A stretch of 63,502 bases of DNA, filler included, from Octopus bimaculoides (Eukaryota), in NCBI RefSeq assembly GCF_001194135.2. It is 5 parts of 5 records of this genome, joined end to end, with 100 filler letters (N's around TTAATTAATTAA, not from the genome) between each part and the next. Parts side by side here need not be neighbours in the genome. Positions count along the whole stretch, not along the records: positions 1 to 13,108 come from NC_068996.1; 4 more parts are not named here. One strand, written 5' to 3'. How positions within the stretch are numbered: position 1 is the first letter of the stretch; each line of letters begins with the position of its first letter. Positions 1-11,947 of this stretch are shown in pieces. A program made the translations under genes and the position numbers. The notes under the pieces were generated by a model that ran no database searches, was not told the origin of the DNA, and saw nothing but the letters and a program-made list of their open reading frames with translations.

Positions 1-229
1 ATATATATAGACACATATATATATATATGGACGTATGTATGCATAGATGTATTTAAGTACACAGTAGGCGGGTCCTCACAATAGTGAGTGGGAGTAGTGA
101 ACTATAAAAACTTTGCGAGAAGGCCTCGAAATGGTGCACATTTTCTTCTGATAGTCTATGAAACCTCATCTGGTAAGCAAAGTTTTAGATTGACTGTACC
201 CGCACTAGGAAGCTGTTTCTAAGTCCCCA

Positions 230-715
230 TGTACGTACGCACACACATAAAATTCATATATGTACACCTGATTTACATACACATGTAAAAATACATATGT
301 ATATACACATATGCATACATGCATATGTGTATCTATATACATACATATATATATATATGTATGTATATATACATACGTACATACGTATACATGTATATAT
401 ATATACATACATGCATACACACATGTTTGTATACAAACATACATGCATATATACGTATCTATGTTTATATACATATGTTTATATTTATATATATGTATAT
501 GCACATACATATATATACATATACATATCTACACATACATATATACATATACATTCATGCATATATATTTATACATTCATGTATATATCCACATACATAA
601 ATGTATATATACATACATACATGCACATACATACATGCACATACAAACATGGATATATAAACATACGTCCATATATACACATACATGCATATATACTTAT
701 ACATAAATTGAACAC
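230..715. repeat. Degenerate (TA/CA/TACA)n low-complexity microsatellite
   Basis: Mixed ATAC/ATAT units seen directly; source of the YI/HT-rich pseudo-ORFs at 205-728. Confidence 0.95.
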
Positions 716-1134
716 AAATGGCGTTTAATATTTACGACAGCTATTTCTGTAGAATTCTGTTGTTGTATTCATATAATCCACCATCATCATCATGTAATAT
801 TGTGAACTCAATATTATCATACCTAGCCATTTCTCGTATCCTACGTGTTGATATACCGAGGTTCTTTTGAATACTTATTAACTAACATATATATTTACTA
901 TTAGCAACGGTAGCAGTGTGTGCAACGACTAAAACCATCCGGTTGTTATCAGGATTTGTTTATCTGGTTCGAAGGGGGGTTTTTTGGCTTTGTTTTGTTT
1001 TTGTTTTTTTTTAGTCATGCTAAATCCAAAAATTGAATCATTTTATTACTATCACGACTAAATTTCAATATGCCTAAATCCACCAATCATCAGTGGATGA
1101 TATGCGTGGACTTTAAGATCTATCTTATCTTTTA

Positions 1135-1320
1135 AATGTTTCAGTCATTAGACTGTCGCCATGCTGGATCATCGCCTTGAAGAATTTTTTTAACCGAGTG
1201 AATCGGCCCTAGTACTTATTTTTTTTTCAGCCTTGTACTTATTCTATCGGTTTCTTTTGCAGAACCGCTAAGTTATGGGACCCTAAACACACCGACACCA
1301 GTTTTCAAGAAGTGGTAAGG

Positions 1321-1351
<31 letters not shown>

Positions 1352-1509
1352 TAATATATACGAGCTTCATTTAGTTTCCATTTTACCAAATCTACCCACA
1401 AGGCTTTGTTCCTCCTGAGGCTATAGAAGAAGACACTTACTCAATGTGCTGCCCAGTGGGACTGAACCATGTCGTTCGGAAGCAAGCTTCTTAGCACACA
1501 GCCACGCCT
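1135..1509 (-). mobile_element. tRNA-derived SINE, working family A (tRNA head, internal CA/TA microsatellite, conserved tail)
   Basis: Reverse complement aligns by eye to the copy at 46271-46645 (aggcg..ggctgtgtg.taagaagcttgc head; ..ccagcatggc..cagtc.aatgactgaaac tail). Confidence 0.85.
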
Positions 1510-2250
1510 TGGTCTTGACAAGACAAATATGGAACGCTTCCCGATTTCGGGCAACAAAGTAGATACACCAAATATCCATACTTTTTATGTATGTATGTAG
1601 AATAGAAGAGCCAGGAGAAAACTTTCGGTTATCAAAGAATGGCTGCAGCGAACACTAGTCCCATGGTCTTTTAATGTAATTGAAGAGCCTTTAGCTCAAC
1701 CGGAAATAATCCTACCTCCACTCCATGTCAAACTTAGCGCTATGAAGCAGTTAGTTAAATCTCTTAATAAAGACTGACCATGCTTTCACTATATCTGCAG
1801 CTTATTTCCTGATCTCTATGCAGTTAAAATATAAAACCTGAAGTATTTTATAGGCTTCAGATCAGGAAATTGATGAAAGATGGGAAATTTGTAAATTCCA
1901 TAAATTCCATTGAAGCAGCAGCATAGAATTCATTTGTAATAGTTGTAAATGGCATTCTGGGCAACAAAAAGCAGCCAACTATGCCGAAATAGTTGACATT
2001 ATGATGGAGAACTTTCTAAATTTGGAAACGCATATGATCAGTCACCTTGATAAATTCCCTGAAAATCTTGGTTACTCAAATGACGAGCAGGGAAAACGTT
2101 TCCATCAGAACATAAAATCAATGGAACAAAGGTTTCAAAGCAGTTCAGACTTGCATATGATGGTAGACAGTTGCTGGAACTTGACTCATAATCTTCATGG
2201 GGTTCAACACTCAAGAAATTCATCCAAATGCTATTTCACGGGAAATTAGG
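1510..2250 (+). pseudogene. Decayed DNA-transposon transposase, probably Chapaev3-type (CMC)
   Basis: Pieced translation GQQSRYTKYP..FLC / IILPPLHVKL..MKQLVKSL / SHLDKFPENLG..DEQGKRFHQNIKSMEQRFQ..MMVDSCW matches a transposase family I recall as LPPLHIKLG..HLDFFPENLG..DEHGERFHQDI..YCW. Stops and frameshifts present. Superfamily name from memory. Confidence 0.7.
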
Positions 2251-3898
2251 CATAAATAATTATGTAATTTCTTTATAGAAATTTTAGAGTTTTTACTAGT
2301 TTTCAGTAGAATTTTATGAAGATATTCTGGTTTTGAAGAATGTATGTTATATCTTGTTCCCCATAAGCTGTTTTATTATTATTATTTTTTTAATGTAATT
2401 CTATGGATCCAGTGTCTTAACAACTTGATGTAATGGTAATGAATGGATGTAATTTTCAGAATGTTTGTGTCAAGAAAACCCTAATTTAGATCCAAATTTT
2501 TTGGCGAGACAAGAAATCCAACTTTAATAGGATGTGTTGTTTAGATCGTCTCAAATTGTACTTAGCGTTCAGAGTTAGCATCTCTCGTTGACGACACGTG
2601 CTATAGAAGCAGCGACTATATCAGCTGACAAAGTGATTGTCTGCAATGGTGGATGGCATTACCGTATAATATACCGCTGTTCCAGTATGTAACCGAGGCT
2701 GACTTAGTCTACTAAACTCAGCAAGGCGGTGCCTCGGTCTAATGCCTGACACCAATCGCAAATGAAAACAAAAGATACTAGAAACCCTACCCAAGTCTCC
2801 TCCAAATTTATGATGGAAGATTCTTCGTATCCGTAGATCAGGAGGAAGAACAGCAGACCGTCAAATGGCTATGTAAACTGATATTTGGCGTTGCAGGACT
2901 TTTGTTCCTGTTTGCACTAATTAGTTTTAGAGTGTGAGTCAGTTCGTACAATTCGGTTCCATTCTTTAGGCTTGGAGGTCAGATCTCAATAACTTAGACC
3001 GCTGCGGTAACGAGAGCAAACAATAGGTAAATTGCCCAACAGGGCTGAAGACATCCACCTATCCCAGAGTTAACGGAAAGTTGTCAAAGAAGGCACTGCA
3101 ACGCCTGAAGGACGCTACTCCTTGATTTGCAGTCGAAGTTGACTCTCCTAACATTTTCCTTTCCCAAGGAATTCACAAGGCAGTGAAAGTTTGTACTTGG
3201 AATATCTCCGATAACACGCTAAATAACTCCTAGTTGAGTCTCTGACATGAGCTACTTTTCCAGATCAGAGTACGTCCGGGAACTAATGGCTATAAGGTGG
3301 GTCCACACTCCTCAAAACTCGGAACATTCACATTAGGGCCTATTACTGGATGCAGTATTTTAAATTATATTTAGAAATATATGTGTGTATATATACCCCT
3401 ATATATAACTTTAATCTTAAGCATGATGTAATATTTATGAAGCAGCATCAAATAGCAAGAGAGTTTTAAAATACATACAAACAGGAAGAAAACAAACCGC
3501 TTATTACCTCTTTGTCATATGTAAGTATGTATATATTTATGTATGTATGTGTGTATGTAAGTCGTACTCAAAATCTGTTATTATGGACATTAATATAAAT
3601 GTTATCCAGTCGAGATATATAACATTTCTTTCCGTTTTATTAGGTATACAGCCATCATTAGATCTGGTATCGATTACAGATTAATCGATAATAAATCTCT
3701 TATCGATTATGCTATAATTTATATTATATAATCTATAATTTATATTGAGATAGCAAACTTGTAAGCAACATCCTGTGCAAATGATATTTAATAGAAATTT
3801 TATACATGTATTTATAACATATGTGGATGTACTGCTGCTAAATCGCTCGAGAGGAATATATAGAATATAAGCTGAATAATGCCTATGTCATACACTAG

Positions 3899-3900
<2 letters not shown>

Positions 3901-3931
<31 letters not shown>

Positions 3932-4206
3932 NNNNNNNNNNNNNNNNNNNNNNNNNNNNNNNNNNNNNNNNNNNNNNNNNNNNNNNNNNNNNNNNNNNNN
4001 NNNNNNNNNNNNNNNNNNNNNNNNNNNNNNNNNNNNNNNNNNNNNNNNNNNNNNNNNNNNNNNNNNNNNNNNNNNNNNNNNNNNNNNNNNNNNNNNNNNN
4101 NNNNNNNNNNNNNNNNNNNNNNNNNNNNNNNNNNNNNNNNNNNNNNNNNNNNNNNNNNNNNNNNNNNNNNNNNNNNNNNNNNNNNNNNNNNNNNNNNNNN
4201 NNNNNN

Positions 4207-4272
<66 letters not shown>
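3901..4272. repeat. (TA)n, assembly gap, (GA)n
   Basis: Direct. Confidence 0.95.
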
Positions 4273-4276
<4 letters not shown>

Positions 4277-5277
4277 CTAAAAAACCAATAAATTTTTTCA
4301 AAGCCAAGATATTTGACCCACCTCGGGAGAAGAATGGGTGAATGTATATTTCATAGCAGTGTCTAAAAACAGAAAAATTTCAGCAGGACAGCGTGGGTTA
4401 GCAAGAAATGCGTCTGAAGGAGCAGAAGAAATGGTCAGAAAGGTGAAGTGGTTAAAGAGGAGGCGCAGGATAACGAAATCCAGAAAGAGATTGGATAAAG
4501 TTTATTACTAGCCTAAGAGAAATAGTGTTTTCAGAAGAAAAAAAAACAAACAAAACAGCGGGGAAGTGATAGTACTAACTGCCAGTCTCGATGTAGCAGG
4601 TTAATAAGGAAACCGAAACAAGTCAATGGAGTAGCGGAAAAGTAAAAGAAGGTGAAATTACAAGAGAAATTACAGCCAGTAAATGAGAATCATAGCCAAT
4701 AATGCAGTCAAACTTAATAAGGACTTAATGTAATGAGTTAAAGCTTTGTAATATTCATGACGAGAGGCAAATTTTACATCAGAGAAATGATTTGATAAAG
4801 AAGTCTTATTGCGGTGCAATATAGTGATCTATTCTTGGTGGTATAATTTACAAACGTGACACTCTGCTGTGTAGAGGATTGCTCCACAAAGTATGCACCA
4901 TGACATATTAGGGTATACCCTCAGTATTTAGGTGATATATAAGGGTGGCAAGGGAGGAAAATAGTTTCATGGTCCTATTTGAGAGAGGATCTCAGGTGTG
5001 CAAATAGACATCGTTTAAAGGCAAGTGTACCTCCAGTGCCAAGGTAGATTTTACCATGGAGTGGGCGTAGATTTATAAGTGCACATTTATACACAGTATC
5101 ATAAAGCAAGAGATTGTTCTTCAGTGGATAATTTTTTAATACTCTACAATTGCAAGGTCTTTTTGTGGTCTACACTATAATTGGTCATATAGATAGAAGC
5201 AGGTAGGATAACATCGGTATTATCAAAATGCGGAGTGTTAGCGCATTTAGGATGAAGAAAGTATGTGTGCGTGTGTG

Positions 5278-5400
5278 CCATCATCATTGCTTTAATGTCC
5301 ACTTTCTTATTCGCGCATGTGTCGGAGTGAGTTTATGGAGGTTTATTTTCTACAGCTCGTTAAGTTTTCAATCGCCAACTTTCCCCTGTTAGCATGCAAG
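5278..5400 (-). mobile_element. Possible decayed RTE-type LINE 3' tail
   Basis: catcatcattgctttaatgtccacttt... resembles the reverse-strand (GAT)n-ended LINE tail common in octopus as I recall it; highly diverged. Confidence 0.35.
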
Positions 5401-5492
5401 ATTAATATTGCACCATGGCTAGATATGTTTCAATCATAATACTGAAAATGAATAATATTCAGTTACAACAATCATGAAATATCAGGACAAGA

Positions 5493-5533
<41 letters not shown>

Positions 5534-5999
5534 CACACATANNNNNNNNNNNNNNNNNNNNNNNNNNNNNNNNNNNNNNNNNNNNNNNNNNNNNNNNNNN
5601 NNNNNNNNNNNNNNNNNNNNNNNNNNNNNNNNNNNNNNNNNNNNNNNNNNNNNNNNNNNNNNNNNNNNNNNNNNNNNNNNNNNNNNNNNNNNNNNNNNNN
5701 NNNNNNNNNNNNNNNNNNNNNNNNNNNNNNNNNNNNNNNNNNNNNNNNNNNNNNNNNNNNNNNNNNNNNNNNNNNNNNNNNNNNNNNNNNNNNNNNNNNN
5801 NNNNNNNNNNNNNNNNNNNNNNNNNNNNNNNNNNNNNNNNNNNNNNNNNNNNNNNNNNNNNNNNNNNNNNNNNNNNNNNNNNNNNNNNNNNNNNNNNNNN
5901 NNNNNNNNNNNNNNNNNNNNNNNNNNNNNNNNNNNNNNNNNNNNNNNNNNNNNNNNNNNNNNNNNNNNNNNNNNNNNNNNNTCTCTCTCTCTCTTTCTT

Positions 6000-6031
<32 letters not shown>

Positions 6032-6380
6032 ACTAAATCCTAAATCCGTGCAAAAGTTCTGCGAGTTAAAAAAAAGTGCTTCTGTGAATTGCTTTTGAGC
6101 GGATAAAGTTTTACACAACACTAAATGCAATTTTCAGTGTAATCAGCTATAAAACATATGCTGAGACGACCAGAAACCAACTACTTTTCGGTTTTAGTTA
6201 TACGAGTAATACTTTCTTGTACAAGGAAATTCTGTCGAGAACTTCCAGTTGTTCACATCCTAATCAATCAATAACTGGGACCTTAACAGGTGCAATTATC
6301 CCGGGTCAGAACAATCGTGGCTAAGAGGTGAGTCCACACTCCTGAATACCCTCTAATTCTCGTACCAGGATCCCATTAAC

Positions 6381-6487
6381 GAAGAAAAAGAAGAAGAAGA
6401 AGAAGAAGAAGAAGAAGAAGAAGAAGAAGAAGAAGAAGAAGAAGAAGAAGAAGAAGAAGAAGAAGAAGAAGAAGAAGAAGAAGAAGA
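6381..6487. repeat. (AAG)n microsatellite
   Basis: Direct. Confidence 0.98.
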
Positions 6488-6530
6488 GTTTCAAATTTTG
6501 CCAGAAGGACAGCAATTTGGGGGAGGAGAC

Positions 6531-6562
6531 TAATAATAATGATAATAATAATAATAATAATG

Positions 6563-6621
<59 letters not shown>
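6531..6621. repeat. (AAT)n microsatellite
   Basis: Direct. Confidence 0.98.
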
Positions 6622-7068
6622 TGAGAGTTGTGCGATAAGTATCGCCTGGAATGTTCCAATAAGTGGTATGAACACCAACCTTTGTCAGTGAAGGATCAGA
6701 TGTAATTCACATGGGATATGCCACTCTACATAGACAAGAAGTTGCAACTCTAAAGAACGGACCTTTATCGGCATAATTATACCTGCAGACCAAAATATTG
6801 TGAAGACAGAGGACGGCAAAGTCGGAAAGTACCAAGACCAAGCATTGGAAATGAAATGCATCCCTAGAACTTCAGGAATGGATGTGATATATATTGTGAC
6901 AGGCGGACTCCATAACATCTCAAAGCAATTTTCTGGCCTGCAAAGCTGCAAATACCAAACTTCATAGAAAGTACACAGTCAGCAGCAATACTCAGAGGAG
7001 CACCTGTTGAAGAAAATATTGCCTCTCTTAAAGAGCTGAGACGTGACATAGGTAACTCGGAACAAGAA
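6622..7068 (+). mobile_element. 5'-truncated R4/Dong-clade non-LTR retrotransposon 3' fragment A (RLE domain)
   Basis: ELCDKYRLECSNKWYEHQP..FTWDMPL..DQNIVKTEDGKVGKYQD.ALEMK..IVTG: C-terminal zinc-knuckle/PD-(D/E)xK region typical of R4/Dong/Rex6; disrupted; followed by (AAC)(AAT)n. Confidence 0.8.
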
Positions 7069-7070
7069 AT

Positions 7071-7094
7071 AACAACAACAACAACAACAACAAC

Positions 7095-7138
<44 letters not shown>
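7071..7138. repeat. (AAC)n(AAT)n microsatellite
   Basis: Direct. Confidence 0.98.
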
Positions 7139-7139
<1 letters not shown>

Positions 7140-7734
7140 TGAAATTGGCACAAAAGACGACATGACAATGTGGCACGAATGATCCATTGGGAGCTCCGTG
7201 AAAATCACGGCTACAAAGAGCAAAGACGTGGTATGAACAAACCCCAGAAGAAGTCATCGAGAATGAAGATTGCAAAATCCTGTGGCATTCAATGATTCAG
7301 TATGATCACCTGACCAGACATCGGAAAGCGAACATCGTTATGGTGAATAAAATCGAAATAACTTGCAAGGTAATCGACATAGCATGTCTCGGTAACAGTA
7401 GGATTAGAGAGAAAGAAGAAGAAAACTGAACAACTACGACGATTTGAAGTGGGAAATACGAAGGTTGTGGTTAATGAAGAGAGAAGACGTGATACCAATT
7501 GTAATTGGTGCACTTGGAAGTATCAGCAATCAACTACCAACATGGCTCAAAAAGATTGGTACAAATATAAAGACAGAACACCTACAAAAACCAGCATTGC
7601 TAGGAACTGCAACGCTTCTTCGCGGGGTCCTTGAAGCATGGCCAGTAAACAAGTGTCACCTTAGTCTGCTGGCTGAGGAGGGCTGACACTTTCCATCATA
7701 CCCAGCAAAATAAGCTGAGAGTTCTCATCAAAGG
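7139..7734 (+). mobile_element. 5'-truncated R4/Dong-clade non-LTR retrotransposon 3' fragment B (RLE domain plus 3'UTR)
   Basis: KRRHDNVARMIHWEL..KTWYEQTPEEVIENEDCKILW..KVIDIAC..YDDLKWEIRRLW..VIPIVIGALGSI..LQKPALLGTATLLRGVL; ends in ataatgataataataa. Confidence 0.9.
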
Positions 7735-7750
7735 ATAATGATAATAATAA

Positions 7751-7935
7751 GCCCTCTCTACTAAAGGCAGAAAGCCTGCAATTTGTTGGGGGAGTAGACT
7801 AGTCGGTTATATGGATCCCAGTGTTGAACTGGTACTTAATTTATCGACCCCGAAAGGATGAAAAGCAAAGCCGATCTCGGTGAGATTTGAACTCAGAATG
7901 TAGTGGGAGACGAAATACCGCTAAGCATTTCACCT
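7751..7935 (-). mobile_element. SINE working family C (5'-truncated)
   Basis: RC contains aaatgcttagcggtatttcgtct..ctgagttcaaat..tcatcctttcggggtcgataaattaagtaccag; same family as 41751-41970. Confidence 0.9.
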
Positions 7936-7960
7936 TGTGTGTTGTTAATGTTAATAATGC

Positions 7961-8012
<52 letters not shown>

Positions 8013-8013
<1 letters not shown>

Positions 8014-8575
8014 CCTGGATGCAGTACCAGGCAGTGGTTCTCATGGTTTCTGTCTTAATTGATTGGAAGTGTTATCATGTACATTGTTTTTTTCTTGGTG
8101 TATAAGATGGGCTACAACAAATATTCTGTTTAATACTACAGATTTGCTTGTCAGTTGCTTGACCTTAACCAGTTGAACATGTCCCTGAGTGGCTGACAAT
8201 ATGTGCATCTCTGATCATGAGCAGAAGTAGTGGGGGAGCATCATAGCTATGTGTTGAGAGGAATTCTTTAGAGTTTGGATAATTTACCTCTGAAAACATG
8301 GGTGTTTTGCTCAACATCCTTAAACAAACCTTATTCAGAGACCTTTTGAGCGGGATGGGCTACTCTACCTGAAGAAAATTCTAACTGGGCCCCATCTACA
8401 AGTTCATGCGCTGTTTATCTTGATATGAAATCCCCATGCTGCGCACATATGGTTGTAATGCATGTGTCTGGTGTACTCTTATCAGACGGGTAGACATGAT
8501 GGGTATAAATGGGTTTCGTATATTTTACCCCAGTATCACTTTGATGGCATGCACTGCTCTCTCACTCACTCACTC
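8013..8575 (+). mobile_element. ~560-bp non-coding interspersed element flanked by (AAT)n, full-length copy 1
   Basis: End-to-end reverse-complement match to 28808-29362; (AAT)n at about 7955-8012 and 8576-8643. Confidence 0.85.
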
Positions 8576-8646
<71 letters not shown>

Positions 8647-9625
8647 CATTTTAAGTCCTGCTGAAAAAGTATAGGAATAGTTATGATATAAAAAATATAA
8701 TAGGTATGGAAAACTCACAGTTTTGTCCAACCATTGTTAGGGTAGAGTATGGTTTAAAGTGTTTCTGGAAAAGAATTGAAAACAANNNNNNNNNNNNNNN
8801 NNNNNNNNNNNNNNNNNNNNNNNNNNNNNNNNNNNNNNNNNNNNNNNNNNNNNNNNNNNNNNNNNNNNNNNNNNNNNNNNNNNNNNNNNNNNNNNNNNNN
8901 NNNNNNNNNNNNNNNNNNNNNNNNNNNNNNNNNNNNNNNNNNNNNNNNNNNNNNNNNNNNNNNNNNNNNNNNNNNNNNNNNNNNNNNNNNNNNNNNNNNN
9001 NNNNNNNNNNNNNNNNNNNNNNNNNNNNNNNNNNNNNNNNNNNNNNNNNNNNNNNNNNNNNNNNNNNNNNNNNNNNNNNNNNNNNNNNNNNNNNNNNNNN
9101 NNNNNNNNNNNNNNNNNNNNNNNNNNNNNNNNNNNNNNNNNNNNNNNNNNNNNNNNNNNNNNNNNNNNNNNNNNNNNNNNNNNNNNNNNNNNNNNNNNNN
9201 NNNNNNNNNNNNNNNNNNNNNNNNNNNNNNNNNNNNNNNNNNNNNNNNNNNNNNNNNNNNNNNNNNNNNNNNNNNNNNNNNNNNNNNNNNNNNNNNNNNN
9301 NNNNNNNNNNNNNNNNNNNNNNNNNNNNNNNNNNNNNNNNNNNNNNNNNNNNNNNNNNNNNNNNNNNNNNNNNNNNNNNNNNNNNNNNNNNNNNNNNNNN
9401 NNNNNNNNNNNNNNNNNNNNNNNNNNNNNNNNNNNNNNNNNNNNNNNNNNNNNNNNNNNNNNNNNNNNNNNNNNNNNNNNNNNNNNNNNNNNNNNNNNNN
9501 NNNNNNNNNNNNNNNNNNNNNNNNNNNNNNNNNNNNNNNNNNNNNNNNNNNNNNNNNNNNNNNNNNNNNNNNNNNNNNNNNNNNNNNNNNNNNNNNNNNN
9601 NNNNNNNNNNNNNNNNNNNNNNNNN

Positions 9626-9660
9626 ATATATATATATATATATATATATGGAGAGAGGGA

Positions 9661-9704
<44 letters not shown>

Positions 9705-10225
9705 GATATACAAACATATATATACATCATATATATATATATATGTATCAATACACACACACATGTATAGATATGCACGCATATACATACCAATATATGT
9801 ACATAAATATATACATATTGTGTGTACATATATATATATGTGTATATGTGTGTGAGGGTGTATATATGTATGTATGTTTGTGCATATATATGTGAGTGTA
9901 TATATATATATATATATGTATGCATGTATATATATATATATATGTGTGAGTGAGTGAGCGAGCGAGCGTGTGTTTGGGTCTGTGTGTGCGTGTGTGTGTA
10001 TGTTTATGTATGCGTGTGTGTTCATTGCAATGCAATACTGAGGGGAATTCTTCAATGTTTGCTAACATAATGAGTTGCTGATATAATTGGATGTATACAG
10101 ATGTATGCATACCTCTGTCTGTATGTGTAAGCGACTCAGTGTATTCGTATTCCGAAGCGTATTATGCGGAATATTTCAATATACAGTCTAACACCCCCAC
10201 CCCCCACATCACCCCCACACACGTG

Positions 10226-10260
<35 letters not shown>
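9626..10260. repeat. Compound (TA)/(GA)/(TG) microsatellite block between gaps
   Basis: Direct. Confidence 0.9.
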
Positions 10261-10780
10261 NNNNNNNNNNNNNNNNNNNNNNNNNNNNNNNNNNNNNNNN
10301 NNNNNNNNNNNNNNNNNNNNNNNNNNNNNNNNNNNNNNNNNNNNNNNNNNNNNNNNNNNNNNNNNNNNNNNNNNNNNNNNNNNNNNNNNNNNNNNNNNNN
10401 NNNNNNNNNNNNNNNNNNNNNNNNNNNNNNNNNNNNNNNNNNNNNNNNNNNNNNNNNNNNNNNNNNNNNNNNNNNNNNNNNNNNNNNNNNNNNNNNNNNN
10501 NNNNNNNNNNNNNNNNNNNNNNNNNNNNNNNNNNNNNNNNNNNNNNNNNNNNNNNNNNNNNNNNNNNNNNNNNNNNNNNNNNNNNNNNNNNNNNNNNNNN
10601 NNNNNNNNNNNNNNNNNNNNNNNNNNNNNNNNNNNNNNNNNNNNNNNNNNNNNNNNNNNNNNNNNNNNNNNNNNNNNNNNNNNNNNNNNNNNNNNNNNNN
10701 NNNNNNNNNNNNNNNNNNNNNNNNNNNNNNNNNNNNNNNNNNNNNNNNNNNNNNNNNNNNNNNNNNNNNNNNNNNNNNNN

Positions 10781-10812
<32 letters not shown>

Positions 10813-11267
10813 GGAGAGAGAGAAGAGAAAGATTTTGTGTTTACGTATAAACAAATGTGTATGCGTATATCTATACACATATATACATACAGACGCATGT
10901 GTATATAAATATATATTTACGCGTGTCTGTACGTTTTGCTTGCGTATATGTATAATTCTATATAATTCTATACATATGCATATATATTTGTGAGTGCTCC
11001 TGCATACATACATACATACATACATACATATACGCATATATACAGGTATGCACACACATACATAACATTTGCGGTTTTTTGTTGTTTTTTCTTTTTATTT
11101 TCTCCTTTTCGGTGAGAAAAAAAACTAAAATGAATTAAGAATTTATTATATATGACATACAATTCATCACCTTTAACATAATTATCAAATATTCACATCA
11201 TACATAGCGTTTATATATTTTAATTTTTAATATGCAAATTTCTCTAGGTTTAAATTATTTATTATCT

Positions 11268-11429
11268 TTTACTTGTTTCAATCGGTGGACTTTGGTTTTA
11301 GCCGAACGAATCAATCGCCACTCCCCTCGGACATAATGATTCTTTTATAGAGCCGCTTGCTTATTCTGTCAATCTGTTTTGCCGAACGGTTAAATTATGG
11401 AGGCGTAAACAAACTAACACCAGTTTTCA

Positions 11430-11430
<1 letters not shown>
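11268..11430 (-). mobile_element. SINE family A tail, diverged
   Basis: tttacttgtttca..gccgaacg..ttaaattatgg..gtaaac..caccagttttcaa(ca)n. Confidence 0.65.
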
Positions 11431-11463
<33 letters not shown>

Positions 11464-11496
11464 ACACACACACACATATGCATGTACACAAATACT

Positions 11497-11880
11497 TACT
11501 CTTTTACTCTTTTACATGTTTCAGTCATTTGACTGCGGCCATGCTGGAGCACCACCTTTAGTCGAGCAAATCGACCCCAGAGCTTATTCTTTGTAAGCCT
11601 AGTACTTATTCTATCGGTCGCTTTTGCCGAACCGCTAAGTTACAGGGACGCAAACACACTAGCATCGGTTGTCAAGCGATGTTTGGGGGACAAACACAAA
11701 CATATACACACACACACATATATATATATATACATATATACGACGGGCTTCTTTCAGTTTCCGTCTACCAAATCCACTCACAAGGGTGTAGTCGGCCCTA
11801 GGCTATAGTAGAAAACACTTGCCCAAGGTTCCACGCAGTGGGACTGAACCCAGAACCATGTGATTGGTAAGCAAGCTATA
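11497..11880 (-). mobile_element. SINE family A, near full length
   Basis: tactcttttac..tttcagtcatttgactgcggccatgctggagcacc..gggcttctttcagtttccgtctaccaaatccactcacaag..cacttgcccaagg..gggactgaacc. Confidence 0.95.
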
Positions 11881-11947
11881 CGATGAGATCTTTTTTTTTA
11901 TGGTCCGCGCTATATAATAGAAGACACTTGCTCAAGATACTTTTATT

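Noticed and set aside
205-728. YI/HT/CV-rich ORFs here and throughout the window (for example 9748-10110, 15993-16326, 20006-20543, 39596-40048, 49417-49838, 51734-52249)
   Set aside because: They are translations of (TA)/(CA)/(TG) microsatellites, which lack stop codons in several frames.
2600-3360. Unique-looking segment with VKVCTWN (APE-endonuclease-like start) and a motif shared with 6270-6370 (ggct..ggtg.gtccacactcct)
   Set aside because: Only a 7-residue resemblance with no downstream endonuclease motifs; probably decayed repeats that I cannot classify.
4320-5200. Purine-rich region that might be a very old LINE ORF
   Set aside because: No RT or endonuclease motif could be reconstructed in any frame.
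8013-8100. HDV-like or hammerhead ribozyme at the 5' end of the AAT-element
   Set aside because: The GCCTGG/CCAGGC strands are only 8 nt apart, leaving no room for HDV P2/P3, and the internal CTGAAGA has no paired stem II and GAAA in the other copies.
8681-10898. Long ORFs (200-430 aa) spanning N-runs, also at 3879-4307, 5459-6130, 21241-22101, 26857-27610, 32854-33807, 45050-45718 and 52953-53807
   Set aside because: Their length comes from X residues in assembly gaps.
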